This document shows positions 10,045-19,371 of a DNA stretch of 43,602 nucleotides, one piece after another (the stretch's first letter is position 1; every line of letters begins with the position of its first letter). The position numbers were made by a program, and so were the translations under genes. Source of the DNA: an uncultured Bacteroidales bacterium (GTDB taxonomy: Bacteria; Bacteroidota; Bacteroidia; Bacteroidales; UBA4417); NCBI GenBank assembly GCA_903878265.1, contig CAIRHD010000293.1:1-43602 (forward strand). The letters are read 5' to 3'. Below the pieces are notes generated by a model. That model worked only from the letters and a program-made list of their open reading frames with translations. It did no database searches and was not told where the DNA came from.

Positions 10045-11064
10045 ATGATAGATTTTAGAAGCGATACCGTTACCCGCCCAACGCCTGCAATGTTGGAAGC
10101 AATATTTTCGGCACAAGTTGGCGACGATGTTTTTGGCGACGACCCCACTGTAAATGCCCTTGAGCAAAAGGTTGCCGCCATGTTTGGCATGGAAGCCGCC
10201 CTGTTTTGTGCTTCGGGTACCATGGCCAACCAAATCGCGATCAAGGCGAACACCCAGCCTGGCGATGAGGTGATTTGCCACAAACTGTCGCATGTATATT
10301 ACTACGAAGGCGGAGGTATTGCCATGAATTCCGGTGCATCGGTTTGTTTGCTCGATGGCGATAAAGGAAGGATTACCGCCGCTGATGTAGCAGAACACAT
10401 AAACCCGCCTGCTGACCCACATCGACCGCTTACCCGGCTGGTATCGGTCGAAAATACCATGAACAAAGGTGGTGGTTCTATTTATGATTTCAACGAACTA
10501 AAGATTATTGGCGAAGTTTGTGCGAAAAACGGGCTTAAATACCACCTCGATGGGGCAAGGCTTTTTAATGCTTTGGCAGAAACAAACGAAACGCCGCTTG
10601 ATTATGGAAATATTTTCGACAGCATTTCAATTTGCATCTCCAAAGGGCTTGGCGCACCGGTTGGTTCGGTTTTAATTGGGAGCAAGGAATTTATTGGCCG
10701 TTCGCGGCGCATACGAAAAGTGTTCGGTGGTGGGATGCGGCAAGCAGGATACCTCGCTGCCGCTTGTATTTATGCCCTCGACAACCATGTAGGACGCCTT
10801 AGCGAAGATCACCGTAAGGCAAAGCAACTCGAAAGCACATTACTTTCATTGCCTTATGTGCAAACTGTTGTACCTGTACAGACCAACCTCGTGTTTTTTA
10901 GCCTAAAACCTGAGATGCCAGCATCTGTTTTTTTGAAAAGCTTGCGGCAAAACGATATTTTCGCCATGGCTTTGGCCCCGCAAGAAATCCGCTTTGTAAC
11001 CCATCTCGATATCACCGATGGCATGATGGAAAAAGTTGGATCGGTCCTAAAAGCGATGAGTTAG
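10045..11064 (+). CDS. ltaE: Low-specificity L-threonine aldolase (PLP-dependent)
   Basis: DFRSDTVTRPT, GDDVFGDDPTVNALE, SGTMANQ, HLDGARLFNA, SKGLGAPVGS (PLP lysine) and GGGMRQAG. Confidence 0.95.
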   Translation: MIDFRSDTVTRPTPAMLEAIFSAQVGDDVFGDDPTVNALEQKVAAMFGMEAALFCASGTMANQIAIKANTQPGDEVICHKLSHVYYYEGGGIAMNSGASVCLLDGDKGRITAADVAEHINPPADPHRPLTRLVSVENTMNKGGGSIYDFNELKIIGEVCAKNGLKYHLDGARLFNALAETNETPLDYGNIFDSISICISKGLGAPVGSVLIGSKEFIGRSRRIRKVFGGGMRQAGYLAAACIYALDNHVGRLSEDHRKAKQLESTLLSLPYVQTVVPVQTNLVFFSLKPEMPASVFLKSLRQNDIFAMALAPQEIRFVTHLDITDGMMEKVGSVLKAMS

Positions 11065-11204
11065 TAGTTTCGGCCTTTGTTAATTCTATTTTATCTGGTT
11101 AGCATAACTTGACCGGTTTTGCAGTTTTCTTATAAATTGGTGTCGATTTTGCTTAAAACCCGGCAAAATGGATTTGACTTTTAGCTTTGTCTGAGCTTTT
11201 TGCT

Positions 11205-11212
11205 TAAATTTG
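11205..11212 (+). promoter_or_regulatory. Bacteroidota -7 promoter element (TAnnTTTG)
   Basis: TAAATTTG 19 bp upstream of the ATG at 11232. No TTTG at canonical -33 spacing. Confidence 0.5.
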
Positions 11213-11231
11213 TCCAACAAATACAATTTCC

Positions 11232-13907
11232 ATGAAATGCTTCCTCCATCTTTTTATCACCACTTTTTTATGTGCTGTTTCAAATCTGGTTTTCAGCCAG
11301 GTACATACCAGTTACTTATGGCATTTGGAACAACCTATATACTGGCCCGAGGAGAGTGTTTGGAACCCCTTTGAGCACCAAAGTGTTTGGGAATCGCAAT
11401 ATCTGAAGTCGAATAACGGCAACTGGTACCCTGACGGGCTGCAACATCCGTTGAACAATTTGCCTGATATTTTCGGCAACGACGACCGTAAAGCGGTTTA
11501 CCAATACCGTACAAAAGATGCGGTTCAATCCCTGTTAAGCCTAGCTGAAGCCGGTGCCCAGGTAAACTATTCGGGATGCCTGATGGAAAACGTTAACAGC
11601 CTTGCCAATGCAGGCCAATGGGGCTATTCCACAGGTTGGCAAAACAATTTTGTAACCGCACGTAACTGGACAACCTCTGGCGGCAAACCCAGGATGGATG
11701 TGGTTGGTTTTACAAAGGATCATGCGCTATCGCCTTTATTGAGCGATAAAATGCTCCGCAGGCAAATACAGGCACACCGTTTTTTATACGCTGAGCAATT
11801 TGGTTCGTCGCCCAATTATTCGAAGGGATATTGGCCTGCAGAATGTTCCTTTAGCATCAGGAACATTAAAGCCCTGAAAGAGGAAGGTTTTGATTGGGTT
11901 GTGATTGCCAACAGCCACCTGGCCCGCACGCTACAGGATTATCCGTTGCAATATGGGACTTCGGTATGCAATATTGATCCGCCAAATCGGGCAGATATAA
12001 TTCCCATAAATGGCACACATTGGTGGAGCGGGCAAATAGATGGCAGGGGCGGTACTTTTGCCGCGCCTTATTGCTACCAGGCACACAAAGCAAAGTATGT
12101 AGATCCCGAAACCGGCGCAGAATTTAAAATTACGGTTGTGCCCATGGATGATGTGTTGAGTTATCAAAATGGATATTCAACCATGGGGACAGGTACCATT
12201 GATGCAAATATTGCCCCTTACGAAAACCCTGCGCAGCCTTCGATGGTGCTGCTTGCCCACGATGGCGACAATGCCTGGGGTGGTGGGTACGATTATTATA
12301 CCAATTCGGTGCCCAATTTTGCCAACGAAGCTGCATCAAAGGGGTATGTACCCTCAACCGTTGAACAGTTCCTGAGCAGCCACCCGGTGCCCGAAAGCGA
12401 TGTGGTACATGTGGAAGATGGTTCGTGGGTGAATGCCGCCAACGATTGGGGGCATCCTCAATTTATTAACTGGTTGTGGCCAATGTACACATCCAATTAT
12501 GAATTTAACCTCGATGGTTGGACCGAAGATGTGCGTAACTGGGCTGTGCTGGTAGCTGCCGAAAACCGTGTTCAGATGGCTGAGGATTTGCAGGGGACAC
12601 TCAACATTGCCAACATAGTGCATCCTTCGGCGGCAGCCAATGCAGCCGAAAGGGCATGGCATTTCCTGCTTCCGGCCTACAATAGCGGATATATGTATTA
12701 CGGTACTTCGCTGGATATGGAAGTAAAGCAATCGCTGGCCTGTAACCGCGCAGGTACTTTTGCCGACCAGGTTATCAATGCACATGCAGGTACCGACAAC
12801 ACCCCACCAACTATTTTTGTCCCGCAAAGATATCCGTATAACCCGGGCGGGACAGGCTTTGGCCCCACGTATGGGTACCAGCAGCACCAGAATTCGTCCG
12901 ATTTCCATGTGTGGACCTTTGCGTATGATGTTTCGGGAATACAATCGGTTACCCTAAAATACAGGCTCGATAACGATGGGCTGAACCCTATTGCCAACAA
13001 CGACAACGAAACCTATTCGGGCGGGAGCAGCGTTCAGGCATGGCAAAACCTGACGATGGCATACCGCAATTTCCCTACAGGCAATGTTACCAATAATCCA
13101 GAAGTAAATTTCTTCATCCTTCCCGACCATATTGCCGGGCAGTATTCGGCTGAAATAACCGGTGTGGCTGAATCATTGGTTGATTATTATGTGGAAACGG
13201 TGGACTCCAAAGGCAATGTTTCAAAATCGGCCATACAACATGTGTATGTTGGGCCATCCAACCCCGGAGGCGGCGGACAGAGCGGGGTTTATTGGACTCC
13301 CGAAAACCCAACAGCCGACGATGTAATTACCATAACCGAAACGGATGTTACGGTTGGGGCCAAACTGCATTGGGGCGTAAAAGTGGGTGGGGTAACCTGG
13401 CAGAAACCCAATCAGGTCTATTGGCCGGCAGGTTCGGCCCTTTTTAACGGGGTTGGGCCGGCTGTTGAATCGGCTATGGTTGGACCCGATACCCAGGGCA
13501 ATAACAGCATAAGCATTGGCCCATTCAATAATGCGGCACAAAAAGTGGATGCGGTTGATTTTGTGATCCATTACAACAACAACACCTGGAACAACAACGG
13601 CGGTGCCGATTTTCATATTCCTATCAGTATTTCGAATACTTCTATCGGCAATAATGAACTTAGCAGAAAATTCAGCCTGTGGCCGGTTCCTGCCGATGAA
13701 ATGGTATTTGTTGGCGTACCGCTCCAATTTGTTGGGCAGCACAGTTTGGTCTTGTTTTCATCTATGGGTCAGAAAGTTTTTGAACAGCAAATTGTAACCG
13801 AAAACTTCAGACTCGATGTAAGTTCGTTGCCTGTTGGGTTTTACATGGCCTGCGTTTTGGACAAGTCCGATAAAATAGTTGCGATAAGGAAGATTGTAAC
13901 AAAGTAG
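11232..13907 (+). CDS. Secreted GH57/GH119-like alpha-glucan-active enzyme with a starch-binding-type module and a T9SS C-terminal domain
   Basis: Signal peptide, LWHLEQPIYW (region 1), GYWPAECSF (nucleophile Glu) and LAHDGDNAW (acid/base Asp, GH119-type). DFVIHYNNNTWNNNGGADF is CBM25-like. The C-terminal LWPVPA...SMGQKV...LDVSSLPVGFY...KIVTK is a T9SS type A signal. Confidence 0.75.
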   Translation: MKCFLHLFITTFLCAVSNLVFSQVHTSYLWHLEQPIYWPEESVWNPFEHQSVWESQYLKSNNGNWYPDGLQHPLNNLPDIFGNDDRKAVYQYRTKDAVQSLLSLAEAGAQVNYSGCLMENVNSLANAGQWGYSTGWQNNFVTARNWTTSGGKPRMDVVGFTKDHALSPLLSDKMLRRQIQAHRFLYAEQFGSSPNYSKGYWPAECSFSIRNIKALKEEGFDWVVIANSHLARTLQDYPLQYGTSVCNIDPPNRADIIPINGTHWWSGQIDGRGGTFAAPYCYQAHKAKYVDPETGAEFKITVVPMDDVLSYQNGYSTMGTGTIDANIAPYENPAQPSMVLLAHDGDNAWGGGYDYYTNSVPNFANEAASKGYVPSTVEQFLSSHPVPESDVVHVEDGSWVNAANDWGHPQFINWLWPMYTSNYEFNLDGWTEDVRNWAVLVAAENRVQMAEDLQGTLNIANIVHPSAAANAAERAWHFLLPAYNSGYMYYGTSLDMEVKQSLACNRAGTFADQVINAHAGTDNTPPTIFVPQRYPYNPGGTGFGPTYGYQQHQNSSDFHVWTFAYDVSGIQSVTLKYRLDNDGLNPIANNDNETYSGGSSVQAWQNLTMAYRNFPTGNVTNNPEVNFFILPDHIAGQYSAEITGVAESLVDYYVETVDSKGNVSKSAIQHVYVGPSNPGGGGQSGVYWTPENPTADDVITITETDVTVGAKLHWGVKVGGVTWQKPNQVYWPAGSALFNGVGPAVESAMVGPDTQGNNSISIGPFNNAAQKVDAVDFVIHYNNNTWNNNGGADFHIPISISNTSIGNNELSRKFSLWPVPADEMVFVGVPLQFVGQHSLVLFSSMGQKVFEQQIVTENFRLDVSSLPVGFYMACVLDKSDKIVAIRKIVTK

Positions 13908-14443
13908 CCGTTTTGTTGCTCTAAAAGCGGGACATAATAAAAGTGCAATCTTGGAGGGTATGCTTTTGAACCCCTTTTATCTGTAAAGTTTCATGATATT
14001 TGCAGTAGTTTTGGGGTAGTTTTAAATTGCTCCGAGATTTGCATTTTGAGGTAGGAGAATAGTTGAAATAGATATGCCGGGTTGAATATTTGGGATAGTA
14101 AATTTTATATTTTAAAACAGCGAATCATTAATGACCTAAATTCAACTAATAAATGCAACATGATTTATGATTGCGCAGGAAATGAATTGGGAAAAATTTA
14201 CTGCTTGGTTTTTTAGTGTAAGAGTGGCTTGGAGTAATCCGATACTTGTTGCCAACAATCCGGTTCTAACCCATCATAGATAGAGGCTAAATTCGATTCC
14301 ATTAATCGCTTTCTTACCTGCACATTTTCCTTTGTCAATATATCGTATAGGAAAACAATGTTTCGCCCTGGTAATTTCTGATTTTAACACATTTTGTTTT
14401 GCTCAGACAGGCAATTTAAAATAAATTCCATAATTTTCTATCT

Positions 14444-14457
14444 TGCAAACGATTGCA
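14444..14457. promoter_or_regulatory. Probable LacI/GalR-family operator
   Basis: TGCAAACGATTGCA is a near-perfect palindrome with a central CG. It lies 35 bp upstream of the -7 element of the maltodextrin operon. Confidence 0.65.
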
Positions 14458-14492
14458 CTAAGAGCTTATGTTTTAGATGGATAGTTTTCTCA

Positions 14493-14500
14493 TATCTTTG
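14493..14500 (+). promoter_or_regulatory. Bacteroidota -7 promoter element
   Basis: TATCTTTG is a consensus match. It supports translation from ATG 14519 rather than 14477. Confidence 0.65.
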
Positions 14501-14518
14501 CGAAAAAAATATCCAAAC

Positions 14519-16360
14519 ATGAAGAAGACAACAATTTTACTGATTAGTATTTTACTTATAAAATCTGCATTCTCCCAGGTTACCATCGATCATGTGGAAC
14601 CGCCTTGCTGGTGGGCTGGGATGAAGAACAATTCCCTGCAATTGATGATACATGGCAACAATATCGGCAAAACCAAACCATCGCTCGACTACAATGGGGT
14701 GAAAATTAAGGATGTTACTAATGCCGGCGACGATTATTTATTCGTTGACCTTGTGATTGGCAACAGCGCAAAGCCTGGTTTCTTCACAATTTCGTTCAAA
14801 GAAAAGGAACTTGAAGTGGCAAGCAGCCAATATGAGCTTAAAGCCAGGCTCGAAGGTTCGGCAAAACGCGCGGGGTTCAACACTTCGGATATGATGTACC
14901 TCATTATGCCCGACCGCTTTGCCAATGGCGACCCTACCAACGACGATATGCCCGGAATGTTGGAAAAAGCTGACAGAAGCAATCCAAACGGGCGGCACGG
15001 CGGCGACATAAAAGGGATTGTTGATCATTTGGACTACCTGCAAAACTTAGGCGTTACCACAATCTGGTGTACCCCTCTGCTCGAAAACAATATGCCAGCC
15101 TACACCTACCATGGTTACGCCGTTACCGATTTATATAAAATTGACCCACGCTTCGGCACAAACCAAAGCTACCGCGAAATGGTTGATGCTGCCCACTCTA
15201 AAGGGATGAAAGTGGTTATGGACATGGTTTTCAATCATTTCGGTACAAATTCGTACTGGATGAAAGACCTGCCGCAAAACGACTGGGTGAACCAATGGCC
15301 TGAATATACCCGTTCCAATTATCGCGGCGGCGTGCTTTCCGATCCTTACCGTTCGCAATACGACGAAAAGAAAATGGCTACCGGTTGGTTCGATACCACT
15401 ATGGCCGATTTTAACCAGAAAAACCCTTATGTGGCCAAATACCTGATCCAAAACAGCATTTGGTGGGTTGAATTTGCAGGTTTGGATGGCATACGCCAGG
15501 ATACTTACCCGTATTCCGACAAAGATTTTATGGCGGATTGGATGAAAACCCTCCGCGACGAATATCCCAACCTGAATACTGTTGGCGAGGCCTGGATCAA
15601 TTACCCGCCACAGGTTGCTTATTGGATGGACAATAAAGATAATAAAGATGGCTACCGTTCCTATTTATCACATGTTTTCGATTTCCCATTGATGGGTGCA
15701 ATCCAAAAAGCATTCAACGAGGGCGATGGCTGGGATACAGGTTTGGCGCGTTTGTACGAATTGCTTTCGCAGGATTTCCTTTACAGCGACCCATCGAAGC
15801 TCATTACTTTTGCCGACAACCACGATATTGAACGCATGTACCCTGTGTTGAAAAGTGTTGAAAACGTTAAAATGGCCTTGGCTTTCCTTGCCACAACACG
15901 CGGTATGCCAATGCTTTATTATGGAACGGAAGCTCTAAGCGACCGAGGTACTTTAGAAGGCGATCCAGGAAAGCGAAAAGATTTCCCTGGTGGATGGAAG
16001 GGTGACAAAACCAATATGTTCACCGGCGATAACCTCAGCAATGAGCAAAAAGATGTGCTCGATTATACATCAAAATTGTTCACTTGGCGCAAAAGCAACA
16101 AAGTGGTGCAGCAAGGGAAACTTACCCATTTTATCCCTGAAAACGGCATTTATGTCTATTTCCGCACCCTTGAAAAAGAATCCGTAATGATAATTGTGAA
16201 CAACAATACTGAAGTCAAAACATTGGAAACCAAACGTTTTGATGAAAACTTAAAGGGGTTCAGGCGAGGTAAGGATGTTATGGATGGAAACAAGCTTAAA
16301 GACCTCAGCAACATTGAAGTTCAAGGTAAAAGCGTTAAAATTATCGAACTTTCGAAATGA
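14519..16360 (+). CDS. GH13 cyclomaltodextrinase/neopullulanase (SusA-like), exported
   Basis: Signal peptide MKKTTILLISILLIKSAFSQ, then IDHVEPPCWWAGM N-domain, YLIMPDRFANGD, GGDIKG, YHGYAVTD, DMVFNH, GIRQDTYPY, VGEAW and FADNHD. Confidence 0.92.
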   Translation: MKKTTILLISILLIKSAFSQVTIDHVEPPCWWAGMKNNSLQLMIHGNNIGKTKPSLDYNGVKIKDVTNAGDDYLFVDLVIGNSAKPGFFTISFKEKELEVASSQYELKARLEGSAKRAGFNTSDMMYLIMPDRFANGDPTNDDMPGMLEKADRSNPNGRHGGDIKGIVDHLDYLQNLGVTTIWCTPLLENNMPAYTYHGYAVTDLYKIDPRFGTNQSYREMVDAAHSKGMKVVMDMVFNHFGTNSYWMKDLPQNDWVNQWPEYTRSNYRGGVLSDPYRSQYDEKKMATGWFDTTMADFNQKNPYVAKYLIQNSIWWVEFAGLDGIRQDTYPYSDKDFMADWMKTLRDEYPNLNTVGEAWINYPPQVAYWMDNKDNKDGYRSYLSHVFDFPLMGAIQKAFNEGDGWDTGLARLYELLSQDFLYSDPSKLITFADNHDIERMYPVLKSVENVKMALAFLATTRGMPMLYYGTEALSDRGTLEGDPGKRKDFPGGWKGDKTNMFTGDNLSNEQKDVLDYTSKLFTWRKSNKVVQQGKLTHFIPENGIYVYFRTLEKESVMIIVNNNTEVKTLETKRFDENLKGFRRGKDVMDGNKLKDLSNIEVQGKSVKIIELSK

Positions 16361-19185
16361 AAAACCTGACCCGCTTCCTGGCAATCTTCACATTCCTTTT
16401 CGTTTACCAGGTTTCGTTTGCCCAGCTAATCTGGCTGAAGCCCGAAAACCCTTCGCTTACCGATTCGGCAACTTTGTTTTTCAACGCCGCCGAAGGCAAC
16501 AAAGCATTGATTGACCTGCAAGGTGATGTTTACCTGCACACCGGGGTGATAACCAACCGAAGCCTTGATGGCCACGACTGGAAATACGTTGTTGGAAATT
16601 GGGGAACGGACGACAAAAGCGTGCTGATGAAACGGGAGGGCAAAAACCTCTACTCTTTCCGTTTTGTGATAAAATCATATTACAAACTGCTACCCGAAGA
16701 TGTTGCCAATCAATTGGCTTTTGTTTTCCGCAACCAGGATGGGACTGTTGTGGGCAAAACCAAGGAAAACGAGGATATTGTAATCCCGGTAAACGGGTAC
16801 AAGCCTAAAATACAAGAAAGTGCCAATTCAAATAAAGAATTGCATAAGCTCAACAAAGTTGAGCAGCTTGCGGCCTCATGGAATATTTATCTTGAAAAAG
16901 GCATGGTTACGGTTCGCCCATTTAGCGAAAGCGTGGTGGAAGTTGTTTTTTTGCCCGACGGCTTAACAAAACCTGATCCTTCACATTCTGTTGTTATGCA
17001 GCCTGCTAAGACAACACTTACCTCGGAGAAAACCAGTACGGGATATACTTTGCACAACGGCGCAATGACAATAACTGCTAATGCCGATCCTTTTTATCTG
17101 ACCTATATTTACAAAGGCGACACTTTGTTAGCTGAGGAAAGCGGATTTTTTAACAAACCGGGCAACAGTGGCGTACGCTTCGCGCTCAAAACCAACGAAA
17201 AAGTATATGGCACCGGCGAACGTGCCATGCCCATGGACAGGCGCGGTAAAAAACTCCAATTGTACAACCGTCCATTTTATGCGTACGAATATGGGGCTGC
17301 CATGCTCAATTATTCAGTGCCCATGACCATTTCGTCGCGCAAGTATGCCTTGCTTTTCGATAATCCCCAAAAAGGATATATTGATATTGGTCTTGCCGAA
17401 CCTTCCGTTACCGAATGGAGTGCCTTGGGCGGAACCGCGAGATATTACCTGATAGCCGGAAGCACATTTGCCGAAATTTCAGGCACATACACCCAACTTA
17501 CCGGAAAGCAGCCTTTGCCTCCACGTTGGGCTTTAGGAAATTTGCAGAGCCGCATGGCCTACCGCAACCAGCGCGAAACCGATAGCATTGTTACACTGAT
17601 GCAGAAAAAAGATTTTCCGATGGATGCCATAATCCTTGATTTTTACTGGTTTGGCGATAGCATCCAAGGCCATTTGGGGAAACTAGATTGGTTCAAAAAA
17701 GCCTGGCCCGATCCTGCCGGGATGGTTGCAAAGTTCAAAAAGCAAGGAGTTAAAACCATACTTATTACCGAACCTTATGTGATCGATACGGTTGCCAACC
17801 ATGCCGACGCCGCCGCAAAAGGGGTTTTTGTAACCGATAGCCTTGGCAAAACATACATAGATAAACAGTTTTATTTTGGTGCCGGAAGTTTGATCGATAT
17901 TTTTAAACCCGAAGCCCGCGACTGGTTTTGGCTAAAGTATAAAAAGCAGATTGATATGGGCATTGCTGCCTGGTGGGGCGATTTGGGCGAACCCGAAAGC
18001 CATCCGGCCGACATAAGGCATGTTAACGGAAAAGCAGATGAGGTGCATAATATTTTCGGGCATTATTGGGATAAAATGCTGTTCGAGAAATATGCCGAAA
18101 ACTACCCAAACACCCGATTGTTCCACCTTCAACGTTCCGGTTTTGCCGGTTCGCAACGCTACGCGGCCTATCCATGGACCGGCGATGTTTCGCGCAGTTG
18201 GGGCGGGTTGCAGGCACAGCTACCACTGCTATTAACCATGGGGATGAACGGTTTGGGCTACATACATTCCGATGCCGGTGGGTTTGCGCAGGGAGTGCGC
18301 GACGATGAACTTTATACGCGCTGGCTTCAATTCGCCGTTTTTACGCCTATTCTCAGGCCTCATGGTTCGGGAATCCCGAGCGAACCTGTTTTCTGGAACG
18401 AAAAAACACAGGATATTGTCCGCAATTACATGAAGTTGCGCTATGCAATGCTGCCATACAACTATACGCTTGCATGGCAAAATGCAACTGCCGGTTTGCC
18501 CCTGATGCGGCCTTTATTTTACAATTACCCAAACGATACGGCAGCTTGCCGGGTTGAGGACCAGTATTTGTGGGGTGAAAACCTGATGGTTGCGCCAGTT
18601 ATCCAAAAAGGCTTGAAAAGCCGTAGCATTTATCTTCCCGAAGGCAAATGGTACGATTTCCATACTGGGATTGAATATAATGGAAATAAGCGAATGGATT
18701 TCCCTCTCGAAAGCGAAAATATCCCTGTTTTTGCAAAAGCAGGCAGTTTTATCCCAATGGCAAGACCTGTTACATCTACCGATTATTACAATGCCGGCGA
18801 ATATTTTGTAAAATACTATCCGGCAGCCGAATCGGAGTTTGTTCAATACGAGGATAATGGCCTCGACAGCCAATCGCTTAACGATGGAAACTATGAGTTG
18901 CTTGCCTATTTAGGGATGAGTAAAGAGGGTACAACAGTTGTATCAATATCAAAATCAGGTAATTGGCAAGGAATGCCAACAAGCCGCCTCATGCATTTGC
19001 AAGTCAGGTTTGATGCACAACCTGCCCATATAAAACTGAATGGGAAAACCATAAAAATAAAACCCGAAAAAGGCGAATCCGGCAGCACCAAATCCACTGC
19101 CACCTTTGATGGAAAATGGATGAGCCTGAATTTCAATTGGGATGGGAAACCCGTTCAAATCGAAATTAATGATCCCAAAAAATAA
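16357..19185 (+). CDS. GH31 alpha-glucosidase or oligosaccharide 4-alpha-glucosyltransferase with an extra N-terminal domain
   Basis: Signal peptide, QPLPPRWALG, ILDFYWFG, WWGDLGEPE (nucleophile), WTGDVSRSW (acid/base), SDAGGF and ELYTRWLQF. ATGA overlap with the upstream gene. Confidence 0.92.
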   Translation: MKNLTRFLAIFTFLFVYQVSFAQLIWLKPENPSLTDSATLFFNAAEGNKALIDLQGDVYLHTGVITNRSLDGHDWKYVVGNWGTDDKSVLMKREGKNLYSFRFVIKSYYKLLPEDVANQLAFVFRNQDGTVVGKTKENEDIVIPVNGYKPKIQESANSNKELHKLNKVEQLAASWNIYLEKGMVTVRPFSESVVEVVFLPDGLTKPDPSHSVVMQPAKTTLTSEKTSTGYTLHNGAMTITANADPFYLTYIYKGDTLLAEESGFFNKPGNSGVRFALKTNEKVYGTGERAMPMDRRGKKLQLYNRPFYAYEYGAAMLNYSVPMTISSRKYALLFDNPQKGYIDIGLAEPSVTEWSALGGTARYYLIAGSTFAEISGTYTQLTGKQPLPPRWALGNLQSRMAYRNQRETDSIVTLMQKKDFPMDAIILDFYWFGDSIQGHLGKLDWFKKAWPDPAGMVAKFKKQGVKTILITEPYVIDTVANHADAAAKGVFVTDSLGKTYIDKQFYFGAGSLIDIFKPEARDWFWLKYKKQIDMGIAAWWGDLGEPESHPADIRHVNGKADEVHNIFGHYWDKMLFEKYAENYPNTRLFHLQRSGFAGSQRYAAYPWTGDVSRSWGGLQAQLPLLLTMGMNGLGYIHSDAGGFAQGVRDDELYTRWLQFAVFTPILRPHGSGIPSEPVFWNEKTQDIVRNYMKLRYAMLPYNYTLAWQNATAGLPLMRPLFYNYPNDTAACRVEDQYLWGENLMVAPVIQKGLKSRSIYLPEGKWYDFHTGIEYNGNKRMDFPLESENIPVFAKAGSFIPMARPVTSTDYYNAGEYFVKYYPAAESEFVQYEDNGLDSQSLNDGNYELLAYLGMSKEGTTVVSISKSGNWQGMPTSRLMHLQVRFDAQPAHIKLNGKTIKIKPEKGESGSTKSTATFDGKWMSLNFNWDGKPVQIEINDPKK

Positions 19186-19198
19186 TATCCCCGCCAGC

Positions 19199-19310
19199 GT
19201 ACAGACGCGATGCTTCGCGTCTCCTTTTATAACCAGAGATGCTTCGCGTCTCATAACAAAAAAGGGATATTTCGCGACTCATATCAAAGACCAGATGCAT
19301 CGCATCTCCA
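19199..19310. repeat. Cluster of four degenerate REP-like palindromes (GAGACGCGATGCTTCGCGTCTC type)
   Basis: gtacagacgcgatgcttcgcgtctc, agagatgcttcgcgtctc, gggatatttcgcgactc and agatgcatcgcatctc lie in the GH31-GH13 intergenic region. Confidence 0.7.
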
Positions 19311-19371
19311 TTTATCCACAATAAACCCAAAGCACTTTTTCAAACACATAAATCCCAATAAAACAAATCCC

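Noticed and set aside
12354-13742. Long antisense ORFs (196 and 173 aa) and many similar ones opposite large genes
   Set aside because: They lie entirely opposite well-supported CDSs and carry no recognisable motifs.
19210-19371. N-terminal extensions from the ORF track (also 14477, 28187, 29490, 32993)
   Set aside because: They run through repeats, promoters or neighbouring genes. Downstream ATGs give proper signal peptides or family-typical starts.
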